63,252 bases of DNA from Candidatus Nomurabacteria bacterium (GTDB lineage Bacteria > Patescibacteriota > Minisyncoccia > Phycocordibacterales > UBA9973): positions 1-63,252 of the forward strand of contig JBAXFQ010000003.1 of assembly GCA_037139835.1 (NCBI GenBank), given 5' to 3'. This document shows, one piece after another, positions 34,474 through 43,933 of this stretch. The notes below the pieces were generated by a model. The model was given only the letters and a program-made list of their open reading frames with translations, made no database searches and was not told the origin of the DNA. Made by a program: the position numbers and the translations under genes. Within the stretch, counting starts at the first letter, position 1, and each line of letters starts with the position of its first letter.

Positions 34474-35031
34474 TTATTTTATCTTAGAAATATATTTATA
34501 ATTAATTAAAATAATAATTATAAATAATGATAAAGTTAAAGACATTATCGGCATTGTGATATATCCAAATTCATATATATATCTAGTCGCGCAAGAAATT
34601 TGAGTTGCACTAGTGGTTGATATGTTTGCACAAGCAAGACCTTTCGTTCCCCCATTCTCAACATATATATGGTACATAGAAACAATAGATCCAATTGAAG
34701 CAAATACAATAGAGAAGTCGACAATAGATCTATCCCTCTTATATAACTCCATACCGAAAAGAATTAATTGTGGATACAAGAAAATTCTCTGGATCCAGCA
34801 AAGTTCACAAGGGGGAAAACCGACTATATTCGAATAAAATAATGATAAAGTGAATGCTCCGAGTGCTGCAAAAAATCCCATTATAAATGTGTACTTTTTT
34901 ACTAAAATTAAATAAGAGTTATCTCTTTTTCTAAAAAATATCAAGGCCACTAAAATAGATACAATAAATAACTGCAAAAAAATTGTTCCAATAGATAAAA
35001 TTTTATTCACGATGTCTACGTATGCTGGCAT
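34474..35031 (-). CDS. disulfide bond formation protein B family (BdbC/DsbB-like)
   Basis: PPCELCWIQRIFLYP motif; four TM segments; 185 aa. Confidence 0.85.
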   Translation of the reverse strand: MPAYVDIVNKILSIGTIFLQLFIVSILVALIFFRKRDNSYLILVKKYTFIMGFFAALGAFTLSLFYSNIVGFPPCELCWIQRIFLYPQLILFGMELYKRDRSIVDFSIVFASIGSIVSMYHIYVENGGTKGLACANISTTSATQISCATRYIYEFGYITMPIMSLTLSLFIIIILINYKYISKIK

Positions 35032-35036
35032 ATTTA

Positions 35037-35603
35037 TTATAGTGGGAGAGTAAATTGTATTTGTTCGGCCAAGAAAGAAGTTGGTACTTCTCCGACTGTT
35101 TGAACACCTGATGGAAATTGCCAGATATTACCTGTTTTAATTGGATCAGTCGGACTCTTTATAGAAAACTTATATTCAGGAAAAATCCAAACATGATAAT
35201 ATTCCGAAGCAGCATTTGCACAAACACCTTCCTGCTTTACATCTTTTACTGCAATAGGACAAATCGTTGGTTCACTACTTGAAGTTATCTTTATGCCATC
35301 TTTAAAAGCCCAAGTTGGATATGCCTCGACTTTATTATCAAGACAAATTTGTTTTGGAGTATTATCAGCATTAGAACATTCAACATAAGGAAGATATTTT
35401 TTAGCAGATCCAAATTCTGCTTTTTGAGCCTGACAATGTGGACACCAAAAAGCTCCATAGAACTTTAGCCCTTTTGCTGTTAAAGCCTGAGCAAATGCAT
35501 CTAATTTTGAAGGAGCATTGATTGTTCTATTCATAAAATAACCAACACCTCCAACAATTATAACAATACTAATGATAAATATAATAAAAAATTTAGTTTT
35601 CAT
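35037..35603 (-). CDS. membrane-anchored thioredoxin-fold oxidoreductase (CPHC active site)
   Basis: FYGAFWCPHCQAQKAEFG ... YVEC ... YPTW, as in Trx domains partnered with VKOR/DsbB. Confidence 0.8.
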   Translation of the reverse strand: MKTKFFIIFIISIVIIVGGVGYFMNRTINAPSKLDAFAQALTAKGLKFYGAFWCPHCQAQKAEFGSAKKYLPYVECSNADNTPKQICLDNKVEAYPTWAFKDGIKITSSSEPTICPIAVKDVKQEGVCANAASEYYHVWIFPEYKFSIKSPTDPIKTGNIWQFPSGVQTVGEVPTSFLAEQIQFTLPL

Positions 35604-35615
35604 ATTAGTATTATA

Positions 35616-37817
35616 TCAGAATCCTAGATTAAATAGAAACGAGGAAAAAGGAGTTTTAATGACCTGCCAAATACGGCCAATTAAAGATATTTTTTTGTTT
35701 TGTATGTCTGGATTTTTTATATTAATCTTATCTTTTAATTCTAGACTATCTATTATAGATTGTTGTTTTTTGTGTATAATAATTGATTTTTTAATTTTTG
35801 TTATTTTTTCTTTTTTAAGGATATTTGTGATTTCTTTTGATTTTTCTTTAGAAATATCAACTGCTATTTCTTTTTTAATTTTATTATCTATTTCGACTGT
35901 CTTAATTGGTATTTCTTTTTCAGCATTTTCACTCTGAACTAAATTGGGGGTTGAGCCTTGTTGTTTAGAAAAATTATTTAATATTTCACTCCATGGTTTA
36001 TGTAAAATAGCAGGAATAGCATAAGATGTTGACCAAACTCTAGTGTCAACATCATCAGTATTTGTATCTGATAATCCTCCATCAACTTGCTGCCTTGAAG
36101 TTAAAAAGTCTTCTGCTTTTAAAATTTGATTATTACTAAACATAGATTGCAAGACCCAAGAAGTTGAAAAAGTATTACCAAATCCACCATCTGTTCCTTG
36201 GCTTGAAATAATATACAATTTTCCCTTTGTAATTGAACCTATTACACCATTTATATTTTCAAATCCAGATAATGCCTGTATCGCAGCTGCTGTTATGTCT
36301 ATACTCCCCCATGAACCATTTGAAGTCTGCTGAGAAATTATATAATTAATATCTTTTTGAATAATTTCATCAGCAGAATTATAACCAGAATTTTTAAGAA
36401 TAATTAATGCAAAAATGTCATCATTATCAAGTGCCTTATCTCCAAACTGTACACCATCAAAACTATCAGTAATCTTTTTTATATAATCTGTGCTTGTTCC
36501 TGTATATGGATTAATATCTAAAGACATTAATGCCATAGCATGTCTTTCGTTGTCGGTTAATACAGGTGAAGTAAAAGAATTATTTTTTAAATAATTTGAT
36601 ATATTATTTTTTAAATCAAAACTGCCTCCCGCTGCTGCACTAATTGCAACCCAGTCTGTATACATATCATTACTAAATGAACCATCACTTTTTTCATTTT
36701 TAGATAAAAATTCTAGAGCTTTCGAAATTGAAAAAGCTTTCTTGGTAATATCAGGAATAGAAGTGACGCTTCTTCCACTCCCCTGAGAGACCACTGAAGA
36801 TTCAGACACAATTAGATTTTCTGTTGGCCAATAATAATCTTCTTTTATTCCAACATTGTAAGATCCTACTGGTATAGATGAAAATTTAGCTTCTCCAGTG
36901 ACTCCATCAACTAATGATTTAATATCATCTTTTGGAGACCAAGGATTATTAGGATCTGGCGAAGTCACTCCTACTGTAACCCCTGTTCGTATTGCCCAAA
37001 TATTATTCACATAATCATATTTTTCTGCAGTTACTATTAAGTCATCTTTATTTGTAATAGATTTATTATTTAAAACAACTTTATTCTGTGGACCAAAATA
37101 TATGTATATCTTTTCATTACCAACTAAAATATCTTTATCCATACCGACTTGAGGATATGAATCATTTACAACATACTGCCAGTTTTCACAAAGTTCACTT
37201 AACCCATCGGGAATTAAGCACTTCATATAGAGAGAACCGAATCCATTATTGTAATCCAAATTAGAAATTGAGAAACTGTCTGTATTTTGATCTATACCAT
37301 AAAGAACTGCTAAGACACTTCTTTTATCTATACTGTGTTTTATATTACTTTTATCAGGAATATCAATATTCCCAACATCGGGCAAGTCGTAATATCCGTT
37401 ATAAATAATAGTATCTCCATTTCTAATAATAACCTTTTCTTTTAATTTTTCTGGAACAACAATATCTTTTACTATTACTTTTCTTACAACCTCCATAGCG
37501 CTATTTAACGCTTTATCTTTAACATCATAAGTAACAGTATAATCACCCGCTTTTGTAGTATCAACATTATTTACAATTACAATACTAGAAGTAATGCCTC
37601 CATCTGTCTCATCAATAGCTGTAGCTCCAGCATCTTTATAAGTATCGCCAACATTTATTGAAATGCTTACATCCCCTACTAGACTAATAACAGGAGGTAT
37701 AGTGTCAACTACTACAGCAGGAATATTAACATCTTCAGCTGAAACAAAATTAATATTAAATATAATAAGACTTAAACTGAATAAAACTATAATTTTCTTT
37801 AAAATATTTTTTTTCAT
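35616..37817 (-). CDS. secreted protein: Ig-like (DUF5011-type) domain plus prenyltransferase/squalene-oxidase-repeat (alpha/alpha toroid) domain plus Lys-rich tail
   Basis: Signal peptide. PVISLVGDVSISINVGDTYKDAGATAIDETDGGIT...GDYTVTYDVKD. Repeats SDGSF, SNGSWGS, TDGGFG, VDGGL with trailing W/Y, as in terpene-cyclase-fold repeats. Confidence 0.6.
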   Translation of the reverse strand: MKKNILKKIIVLFSLSLIIFNINFVSAEDVNIPAVVVDTIPPVISLVGDVSISINVGDTYKDAGATAIDETDGGITSSIVIVNNVDTTKAGDYTVTYDVKDKALNSAMEVVRKVIVKDIVVPEKLKEKVIIRNGDTIIYNGYYDLPDVGNIDIPDKSNIKHSIDKRSVLAVLYGIDQNTDSFSISNLDYNNGFGSLYMKCLIPDGLSELCENWQYVVNDSYPQVGMDKDILVGNEKIYIYFGPQNKVVLNNKSITNKDDLIVTAEKYDYVNNIWAIRTGVTVGVTSPDPNNPWSPKDDIKSLVDGVTGEAKFSSIPVGSYNVGIKEDYYWPTENLIVSESSVVSQGSGRSVTSIPDITKKAFSISKALEFLSKNEKSDGSFSNDMYTDWVAISAAAGGSFDLKNNISNYLKNNSFTSPVLTDNERHAMALMSLDINPYTGTSTDYIKKITDSFDGVQFGDKALDNDDIFALIILKNSGYNSADEIIQKDINYIISQQTSNGSWGSIDITAAAIQALSGFENINGVIGSITKGKLYIISSQGTDGGFGNTFSTSWVLQSMFSNNQILKAEDFLTSRQQVDGGLSDTNTDDVDTRVWSTSYAIPAILHKPWSEILNNFSKQQGSTPNLVQSENAEKEIPIKTVEIDNKIKKEIAVDISKEKSKEITNILKKEKITKIKKSIIIHKKQQSIIDSLELKDKINIKNPDIQNKKISLIGRIWQVIKTPFSSFLFNLGF

Positions 37818-37820
37818 AAC

Positions 37821-38348
37821 TTAAAATGATTCTTGCTTCCAACTAATAATATCTCCAGCTTTTAAAATATAATTTGAAACTCCGACTGAAGCTTTCTTAT
37901 TATCAACATAGTAAATCCAATAATTTCCTGGAACTCCTTTTACTCCATTTATCTCATTAATAAAAGCTCCTAATCCTAAATGCTTCGTATACTTAAAGCT
38001 AAATGTGTCATCCTTTAAATTTTCTTCTTCTAATATTTTCATTGCATCAAACACAGAAGAATTTTTCTTAATTTCTGTATTATATGTTTTACCTAAAACT
38101 TCCAATGAAACTTTTATCTTGTTTAGATCTGAATTATCTGCAACTTGTTTAACTTCATATTTTATTTCTATTTTATTTTTAGTTTCTAAATTATTGTTTT
38201 CTACACCATTAACGACTATAGGACTAATCTCTTTTTTAAATTCTTTTGCTTCTTTCTTTCTTAATAAACTAAAATAAGATAATAAGATAATGGCAAATAA
38301 TACTAAAAATATAATGACGATAAAAATTTTCTTTCTGTTTTTTTTCAT
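37821..38348 (-). CDS. membrane-anchored DUF4430 (transcobalamin-C-terminal-like) domain protein
   Basis: C-terminal GAFINEINGVKGVPGNYWIYYVDNKKASVGVSNYILKAGDIISWK fits the DUF4430 pattern. First gene after the cobalamin riboswitch. Confidence 0.65.
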   Translation of the reverse strand: MKKNRKKIFIVIIFLVLFAIILLSYFSLLRKKEAKEFKKEISPIVVNGVENNNLETKNKIEIKYEVKQVADNSDLNKIKVSLEVLGKTYNTEIKKNSSVFDAMKILEEENLKDDTFSFKYTKHLGLGAFINEINGVKGVPGNYWIYYVDNKKASVGVSNYILKAGDIISWKQESF

Positions 38349-38370
38349 ATGACTTCAATAAAAATTAACA

Positions 38371-38535
38371 ATAAAAGCCCCTCAGACTAGGGCCGGAGGG
38401 GCTTTTAACCAAATATAAAAATATATTCTCCTGCTCGGGAAACACCTTTATATTAAGACCGGACTTGTCCCATTTAGGGCATTACCGTTGCGGCACAGTA
38501 GAGGAATCAAACCTCATTTCCAAATATAATGGTTT
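38371..38535 (-). promoter_or_regulatory. cobalamin (B12) riboswitch with a terminator expression platform
   Basis: Minus strand GGAAATGAGGTTTGATTCCTCTACTGTGCCGCAACGGTAATGCC...GGGACAAGTCCGGTC resembles the conserved core (GGGAA..GGTG.AA.TCC...CCGC.AC.GTAA) and the B12 box (AGTC.GG..C). It is followed by GCCCCTC-cggccctagtct-GAGGGGCTTTTAT. Confidence 0.7.
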
Positions 38536-38552
38536 AAATTTTAAAAATACAA

Positions 38553-39074
38553 CTAACTTATCAACACAACCTTTCTAACTTCTGTAACCATACTCTCTGA
38601 TTTCATAGCCCATCTCTCTATCATTGGTGATAGTACTATAGCAAATGATACATTACCAAGCAAATGAAGTACGGTGAAAGGTATTTGACCCAACAAAGAG
38701 ATCATAAAGGATTGATGAAAAAATAACGGTCCAATAGTGAGACCTGTAACAGCATCATAGAGAATAGTAGCAACAAATGCATAAGCTGCGTAATTCTTCC
38801 ACCCAGAACGTTTCTTGAAATATAAATTTGCTCCTAATCCAAGAGTTCCATAAGCCAAAGCCGTTATTAAAGTCCAAATACCAAACCCTGATGTTACCGA
38901 ATCAAATAATACAATACTCAAAAAACCAAAAATGAAAGCCATAAAAGCACCATATACTTTTCCGAAAGGCATTATGACTGCCATCACAGGTTCTATATTC
39001 GGCGCTCTAAATGGCATAAGTCTAAATAAAAAGACAGACAAAAAGGCAATTATATATTTAAACTTATTTTTCAT
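38553..39074 (-). CDS. small polytopic membrane protein, possible vitamin/ECF S-component-like transporter
   Basis: 173 aa, 5-6 TM segments, N-terminal FRLMPFRAPNIEPV motif. Lies 25 nt downstream of nrdJ and just upstream of the B12 riboswitch. The function is a guess from context. Confidence 0.35.
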   Translation of the reverse strand: MKNKFKYIIAFLSVFLFRLMPFRAPNIEPVMAVIMPFGKVYGAFMAFIFGFLSIVLFDSVTSGFGIWTLITALAYGTLGLGANLYFKKRSGWKNYAAYAFVATILYDAVTGLTIGPLFFHQSFMISLLGQIPFTVLHLLGNVSFAIVLSPMIERWAMKSESMVTEVRKVVLIS

Positions 39075-39099
39075 AATTAATTATTAATTCTTAGTTATT

Positions 39100-41454
39100 T
39101 TAGACTATATCACAAACTCCAGCGACGCAAGCAAGCTCTCTCTTTACCTCTGTCTCATCACGCATTTCGTAAGTTACTATTTTAGAGAAATCAAAGTCGG
39201 GCATCTTGCTTGTAAGTTCTTTGTAAGTCTTTTCATCTATAGCTTCATAAGGAGCAAGTTGATAAACGTGGTTACTTCTTGGAAGGAAAGAAAGACCTCC
39301 TACTATATCCCAATTCTGATAGAGCCAATGAGCAACTTGTATCCATTCATTATCTCCCACAGAAATAGTTACTGAAGGATTGTGTTCTGTATAATTAACT
39401 TTTACAACTTTCCAATGTTCGAGTTGTTCAATAGCAGTGATGTCATCTTTACATATTGCATCTTCTGGTGCTTTCATTGGGAATTCTAATACGAAAGTAT
39501 TTGCATCATCATGATTCTGTCCTACTTCTGGATGATAAGGAACTCCTTGATCTTTCATCATTTTAAATAGTGAATCTGTAGCAGAAATACGAATACGACG
39601 TATATAGTAAGGAGCATGACGAGGATGCATTCCAGAAGCACAGTCTACAGTCTGAGAAACAGTACCAGAAGGCTTCACTGCTGTGATACAAGTAGACTCA
39701 CTTATACCAAACCTCTTTGCATATATTTTATTTACACGGATAGATTCAAGGCGAAGCTTCGCTAGCATCTTGGGATCACGTGAAAGTTTTGAATCCCATT
39801 GACCTGTTACTGACACACCGAGAAGTCTTTCTTCATCACAGTTCTCTTTCCATTCTTTAGATAGATAACCAAATTTTGTAAGAGTTGATTGATATGTTCC
39901 TAGTATCGTTGCAATACGAATCTTTCTCATTAGGTCTTCTTCTGTATCTTCGGCTCGAGCAACTACTTCTGAAAGATTACAGAATTGTCTTGATCTTAGA
40001 ATAATTTCTCCACAAGGATTTGTACCCATTTCTCCTATATAATTTGCTGACTTTTCAAGTCTTCTCTTTGGTAAAGTTTTATATAGAGATTCACGATTGA
40101 ATATACCTCTCTCTCCTGATCCTGATTCCATAAGAGCAATCCATTCTTTCAAAAACTCTGTTTCTGTTGGTTTTACATTATAAACAGCGGAATTATTAGA
40201 AAGCATGCGTTGTCCTTCATTTAACCAGAATTGCCCATTCTTTGCATCTCGCATATCCTGATCATCTAAATCAGATAGAGATATAAGTGCACTACGGCGA
40301 ACTCCGCCTGAGACTACACATTCCCCTATTTTACATATAATATCGTGAGCATCTATATTGCGAAGGTGTCTTCCTTGTCTTCTGAGAATACGCTCTCTAG
40401 TAAAACCGAGTAAATCCATCAATGGCTTAGGACCAGAGCTCTTACCACCCATTATTTTAAGTCTTGCTCCAGCTGGGCGAAGTAAGGAAAAGTCAAAATT
40501 CACATCATCTCCATTGAACCAAGTATTCATTCCAAAAGTGAAAGCATCTGCCCACCCCTCTTTTGAATCAGGCACAACATATGTCGGCAACTTCTTTCCT
40601 GATTGATTCTTTATTTGTGGTAATGACTGGATATTCTTACTTTCAACAGAAAAGCCCACTCCTGTACCACACATAGATATATAAATTATTTCTCCGAAGT
40701 CTTCAAATCTAGATGGGGCCACAAAGGAACAGTTGTAAGCGCATACGTTAGTCTTCTCAGCGGCAGGTCCAGCGAACTGTAGAAGTCTCATTGATGGCAT
40801 TGCTTCTTGCTTAAGGATTGCTTCTCGGATTTCTTTGTACTCACTTTCTTTAAGATCACTCCCTATCTTGCTTTTCATAAAGCTCATATATCTGTCGATA
40901 GTCTCAACCCAAGTCTCTCTCCTTCCTTCTTCTTCTATCCACTTCGCATAAGAACGATAGTAAACAAATTCTGAAAGTGGATTCCTAAAATACTTCTTAC
41001 TTTCATCAGCAAGTTTTTTTACATGGGGAGGAACGATGACACTATGGGATCTTAGACGAGCTCTTTCTTCACGGTAAAGAATATAATTCTTAGATGTTTT
41101 GACGAAATCTGAGAGCATTAATTCTTGTTCAACTGTATCCTGAACGCCTTCAACTGTCGGGATAAAGTTCTTGTATTTCTTGGCTATTTTGACGATTTCC
41201 ATCATTACCCTATTAGCCACCATCTCTGCTTCTTTCATCGAGCCTTCCCCTGAGGCAAGCATAGCTTTATTAATAGCATTCGCAATTTTATCAATATCAA
41301 AAGGGACAGATACTCCATCTCTTTTTATAACGCCTTTAATAAAAATATTCTTACTTACTTTTTTTTCTACCACCTCTTCTTTCTTCTCGACGACTTTTGC
41401 CACGACTTTTTTTATTTCTTTTTTAACTTTTAGCACTTTCTTTTTTGAAGGCAT
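39100..41454 (-). CDS. nrdJ: adenosylcobalamin-dependent (class II) ribonucleotide reductase with an N-terminal ATP-cone
   Basis: ATP-cone VIKRDGVSVPFDIDKIANAINKA; TNPCGEI active-site loop; 784 aa, single chain. Confidence 0.85.
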   Translation of the reverse strand: MPSKKKVLKVKKEIKKVVAKVVEKKEEVVEKKVSKNIFIKGVIKRDGVSVPFDIDKIANAINKAMLASGEGSMKEAEMVANRVMMEIVKIAKKYKNFIPTVEGVQDTVEQELMLSDFVKTSKNYILYREERARLRSHSVIVPPHVKKLADESKKYFRNPLSEFVYYRSYAKWIEEEGRRETWVETIDRYMSFMKSKIGSDLKESEYKEIREAILKQEAMPSMRLLQFAGPAAEKTNVCAYNCSFVAPSRFEDFGEIIYISMCGTGVGFSVESKNIQSLPQIKNQSGKKLPTYVVPDSKEGWADAFTFGMNTWFNGDDVNFDFSLLRPAGARLKIMGGKSSGPKPLMDLLGFTRERILRRQGRHLRNIDAHDIICKIGECVVSGGVRRSALISLSDLDDQDMRDAKNGQFWLNEGQRMLSNNSAVYNVKPTETEFLKEWIALMESGSGERGIFNRESLYKTLPKRRLEKSANYIGEMGTNPCGEIILRSRQFCNLSEVVARAEDTEEDLMRKIRIATILGTYQSTLTKFGYLSKEWKENCDEERLLGVSVTGQWDSKLSRDPKMLAKLRLESIRVNKIYAKRFGISESTCITAVKPSGTVSQTVDCASGMHPRHAPYYIRRIRISATDSLFKMMKDQGVPYHPEVGQNHDDANTFVLEFPMKAPEDAICKDDITAIEQLEHWKVVKVNYTEHNPSVTISVGDNEWIQVAHWLYQNWDIVGGLSFLPRSNHVYQLAPYEAIDEKTYKELTSKMPDFDFSKIVTYEMRDETEVKRELACVAGVCDIV

Positions 41455-41669
41455 ATTTTTTAATTTTAGTTAATAATGTCCCCTAAAACTTTATGGGCTT
41501 ATATTATACCTCCACTAGAACCCATTGGGAAGTGAAAATATGGAAAATTACTACTATGTTAAAATATTGGCTGGGCGTCAATAGATTTTCAAAACTCTCT
41601 GAATAACACCGTGAAAGCACTATCATTAAAGGGTATTTTTATTTGAAAAATAACTCACTTTGTAAAATA

Positions 41670-41706
41670 GAAATACCCTCAAAAATTACATTTTTGAGGG
41701 TATTTC
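41670..41706. terminator. perfect 16-bp palindromic terminator after the MFS gene
   Basis: GAAATACCCTCAAAAA-ttaca-TTTTTGAGGGTATTTC. Confidence 0.85.
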
Positions 41707-41729
41707 TAGAAAAAAATAAAAAATTATAA

Positions 41730-42962
41730 TCAACTCAATATCTTTTTGTATAAACGGATGAAAGTTAATGCTGCAAAGAGCATAAATATCGATGCGATAA
41801 TTATAGGAGACTCAGGGGTTAAGATAGCGGCAATAAATCCAGAGATTATAGCAGGTATTAGCTGAGCTAATGCTTGAACAGATGAATTAATACCAAAAAT
41901 CTTTCCTTGTGTCTTTGGATCAGTAGATTTAGACAGTAAACTTCCTAGATTTGCCATCGTTAGGCCTGTGGCTAGTCCGAAAAATGGAGGGACTAAATAT
42001 ATTTCCCAAGCATGTTGAGGCAGAAAATAAGCCAGAACTATTATCCCCGTAAATATTAGACTTAGTTTAAGTACTTTTTCTTCAGAAAATCTTTTTGCCA
42101 CATATTTAGTCACAAAACCTTGAGTAATGACAGACCAAAGTCCTATATAAGCAAAAAAATCACCTATATTACCCTGATCAAAACCAAATTTTTTAATTAA
42201 ATAAACAGAGAAAAAAGTTGTGAAAAATGTAAAACCAGCATTAAAGAAAAAACTGGTTAAAAAGATAGCTTTCAATTCTTGCATTTTTAAAGCTTCGATT
42301 ATATTCCTTATTGATTTATTCCAAGTTAGTTTATGTGCATGCATATGTTTATTTGTCTCCTTGAGAACAAACAATACTGAGAGCATATTTATAAATGCTA
42401 AAATGGCTGCAAAGTAAAATGGTGTCGTTGCACTAAACCAAGAGAGAGTATGTGGGTCAGAAAGTTTTCCGCCAATAAACGGACCAAAGATAAACCCAAG
42501 TCCGAAAGCTGCACCTATCATTCCAAAATTACGGGCTCTATTTTCTTTTGTACTTACATCCCCTATCATCGCTTGGGCAACTGATATATTACCACCAGTT
42601 AAACCATCAAAAAATCTAGATATAAAAAGAAGTGGAATATTGTGAGTTACTATTCCGATTGCAAAAAGAAAATAAGAAACCGATGTACCAGCAAGAGAAA
42701 TAGCCAGAATTTTTTTTCTACCATATATATCTGAAAGTTGCCCCAAAATTGGAGTCGCCAAGAATTGACCAATAGGATAGACAGCAATAAGTAATCCTAG
42801 TAGTAGATATCCTGTCTTAATACTTACTCCTGCTGGTAATACATAAAATTCTGAAAGTGGACTTGCAAAAAGAAGTGGTATGACAGGAATAAGAATACCT
42901 ACCCCAAGAAGGTCAATGAAAATTGTAAAGAAAATTGTCATGATTGTTTTATTTTTGAACAT
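41730..42962 (-). CDS. MFS transporter (drug:H+ antiporter/TCR-like)
   Basis: FIDLLGVGILIPVIP, GQLSDIYGRKK motifs. I prefer the ATG at 42962 (MFKNK...) because the ORF-track start at 43109 overlaps the divergent gene by 100 nt. Confidence 0.85.
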   Translation of the reverse strand: MFKNKTIMTIFFTIFIDLLGVGILIPVIPLLFASPLSEFYVLPAGVSIKTGYLLLGLLIAVYPIGQFLATPILGQLSDIYGRKKILAISLAGTSVSYFLFAIGIVTHNIPLLFISRFFDGLTGGNISVAQAMIGDVSTKENRARNFGMIGAAFGLGFIFGPFIGGKLSDPHTLSWFSATTPFYFAAILAFINMLSVLFVLKETNKHMHAHKLTWNKSIRNIIEALKMQELKAIFLTSFFFNAGFTFFTTFFSVYLIKKFGFDQGNIGDFFAYIGLWSVITQGFVTKYVAKRFSEEKVLKLSLIFTGIIVLAYFLPQHAWEIYLVPPFFGLATGLTMANLGSLLSKSTDPKTQGKIFGINSSVQALAQLIPAIISGFIAAILTPESPIIIASIFMLFAALTFIRLYKKILS

Positions 42963-43008
42963 GTATTTAATGTACCATACTGAAGAAAAAAATGTATAAT
43001 AGTTAAAT

Positions 43009-43926
43009 ATGACAATAGGAACAATCATCATAACAGTTTTAGGGCTATGTCTTTTTGAAATTATTAGTAGCATAGATAATGCTGTTATTAATGCTGAAGT
43101 CTTAGGCACAATGGGTAAAAAAGGACGTAAATGGTTTCTACTTTATGGATTCTTTTTTGCTGTATTTGTAGTTAGGGGTCTTTTACCTTGGATTATCATA
43201 TGGGCAACAATGCCATCCTTAGGTCCAATTGGCTCTCTTACAGCAGCATTTTCAAATAATCCTAGCGTCCATAGTGCAGTAGAAAGTTCTGCACCCATAC
43301 TACTTTTAGGAGGTGGAATATTTCTTATTTTTCTATTTTTCCATTGGTTATTTCTTGAAACAAAAAACTTTGGTCTTCGACATGAAAAGTTCTTTCAGGA
43401 CAATGGGGCTTGGTTCTTCGCTGTAGTTTCTATATTACTAGCTACTATAGTCTGGTATGCAATTAAAATAAATCCAATCCTTGCTTTCTCTGCAGTGGTT
43501 GGATCTACGGCTTTTTTTATAACTCATGGATTCAAAGAAAATGCAGAAAAAAGAGAGCAATCACTTCTATCTACTGAAAATAAAATATCAGATATAAGTA
43601 AAATAATTTATCTTGAAATAATAGACATGACTTTCTCTATCGATGGAGTTCTCGGGGCATTTGCTTTTACCCTTTCCGTTCCACTTATAATATTAGGCAA
43701 TGGATTAGGAGCTTTTGTTCTAAGAAAGCTAACAATCGGCAATATTGACCGTATAAAAAAATATGCATTCTTAAAAAATGGTGCCATGTATTCGATATTT
43801 GTCTTAGGTATTATTATGATGGCTGATTCTTTTGGTGTTAAAATCCCTTCTTACATCTCACCTATCATAACTTTTATCATCATCGGATTTTTTATTATAA
43901 AATCAGTTAAACATAACAAAAAATAA
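43009..43926 (+). CDS. DUF475/TerC-related integral membrane protein
   Basis: EIISSIDNAVINAEVL and a second FSIDGVLGAFA motif. Confidence 0.7.
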   Translation: MTIGTIIITVLGLCLFEIISSIDNAVINAEVLGTMGKKGRKWFLLYGFFFAVFVVRGLLPWIIIWATMPSLGPIGSLTAAFSNNPSVHSAVESSAPILLLGGGIFLIFLFFHWLFLETKNFGLRHEKFFQDNGAWFFAVVSILLATIVWYAIKINPILAFSAVVGSTAFFITHGFKENAEKREQSLLSTENKISDISKIIYLEIIDMTFSIDGVLGAFAFTLSVPLIILGNGLGAFVLRKLTIGNIDRIKKYAFLKNGAMYSIFVLGIIMMADSFGVKIPSYISPIITFIIIGFFIIKSVKHNKK

Positions 43927-43933
43927 TTATATT

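Noticed and set aside
41455-41729. Possible NrdR boxes or a second riboswitch upstream of nrdJ.
   Set aside because: I found only weak resemblance to the NrdR palindrome and no B12-box-like core. A plausible -35 TTCCCA / -10 TATAAT pair is present, but nothing more that I can support.
42963-43109. N-terminal extension of the MFS ORF (ORF-track start 43109).
   Set aside because: It would overlap the divergent DUF475 gene by 100 nt. The internal ATG at 42962 begins the conserved MFS N-terminus.
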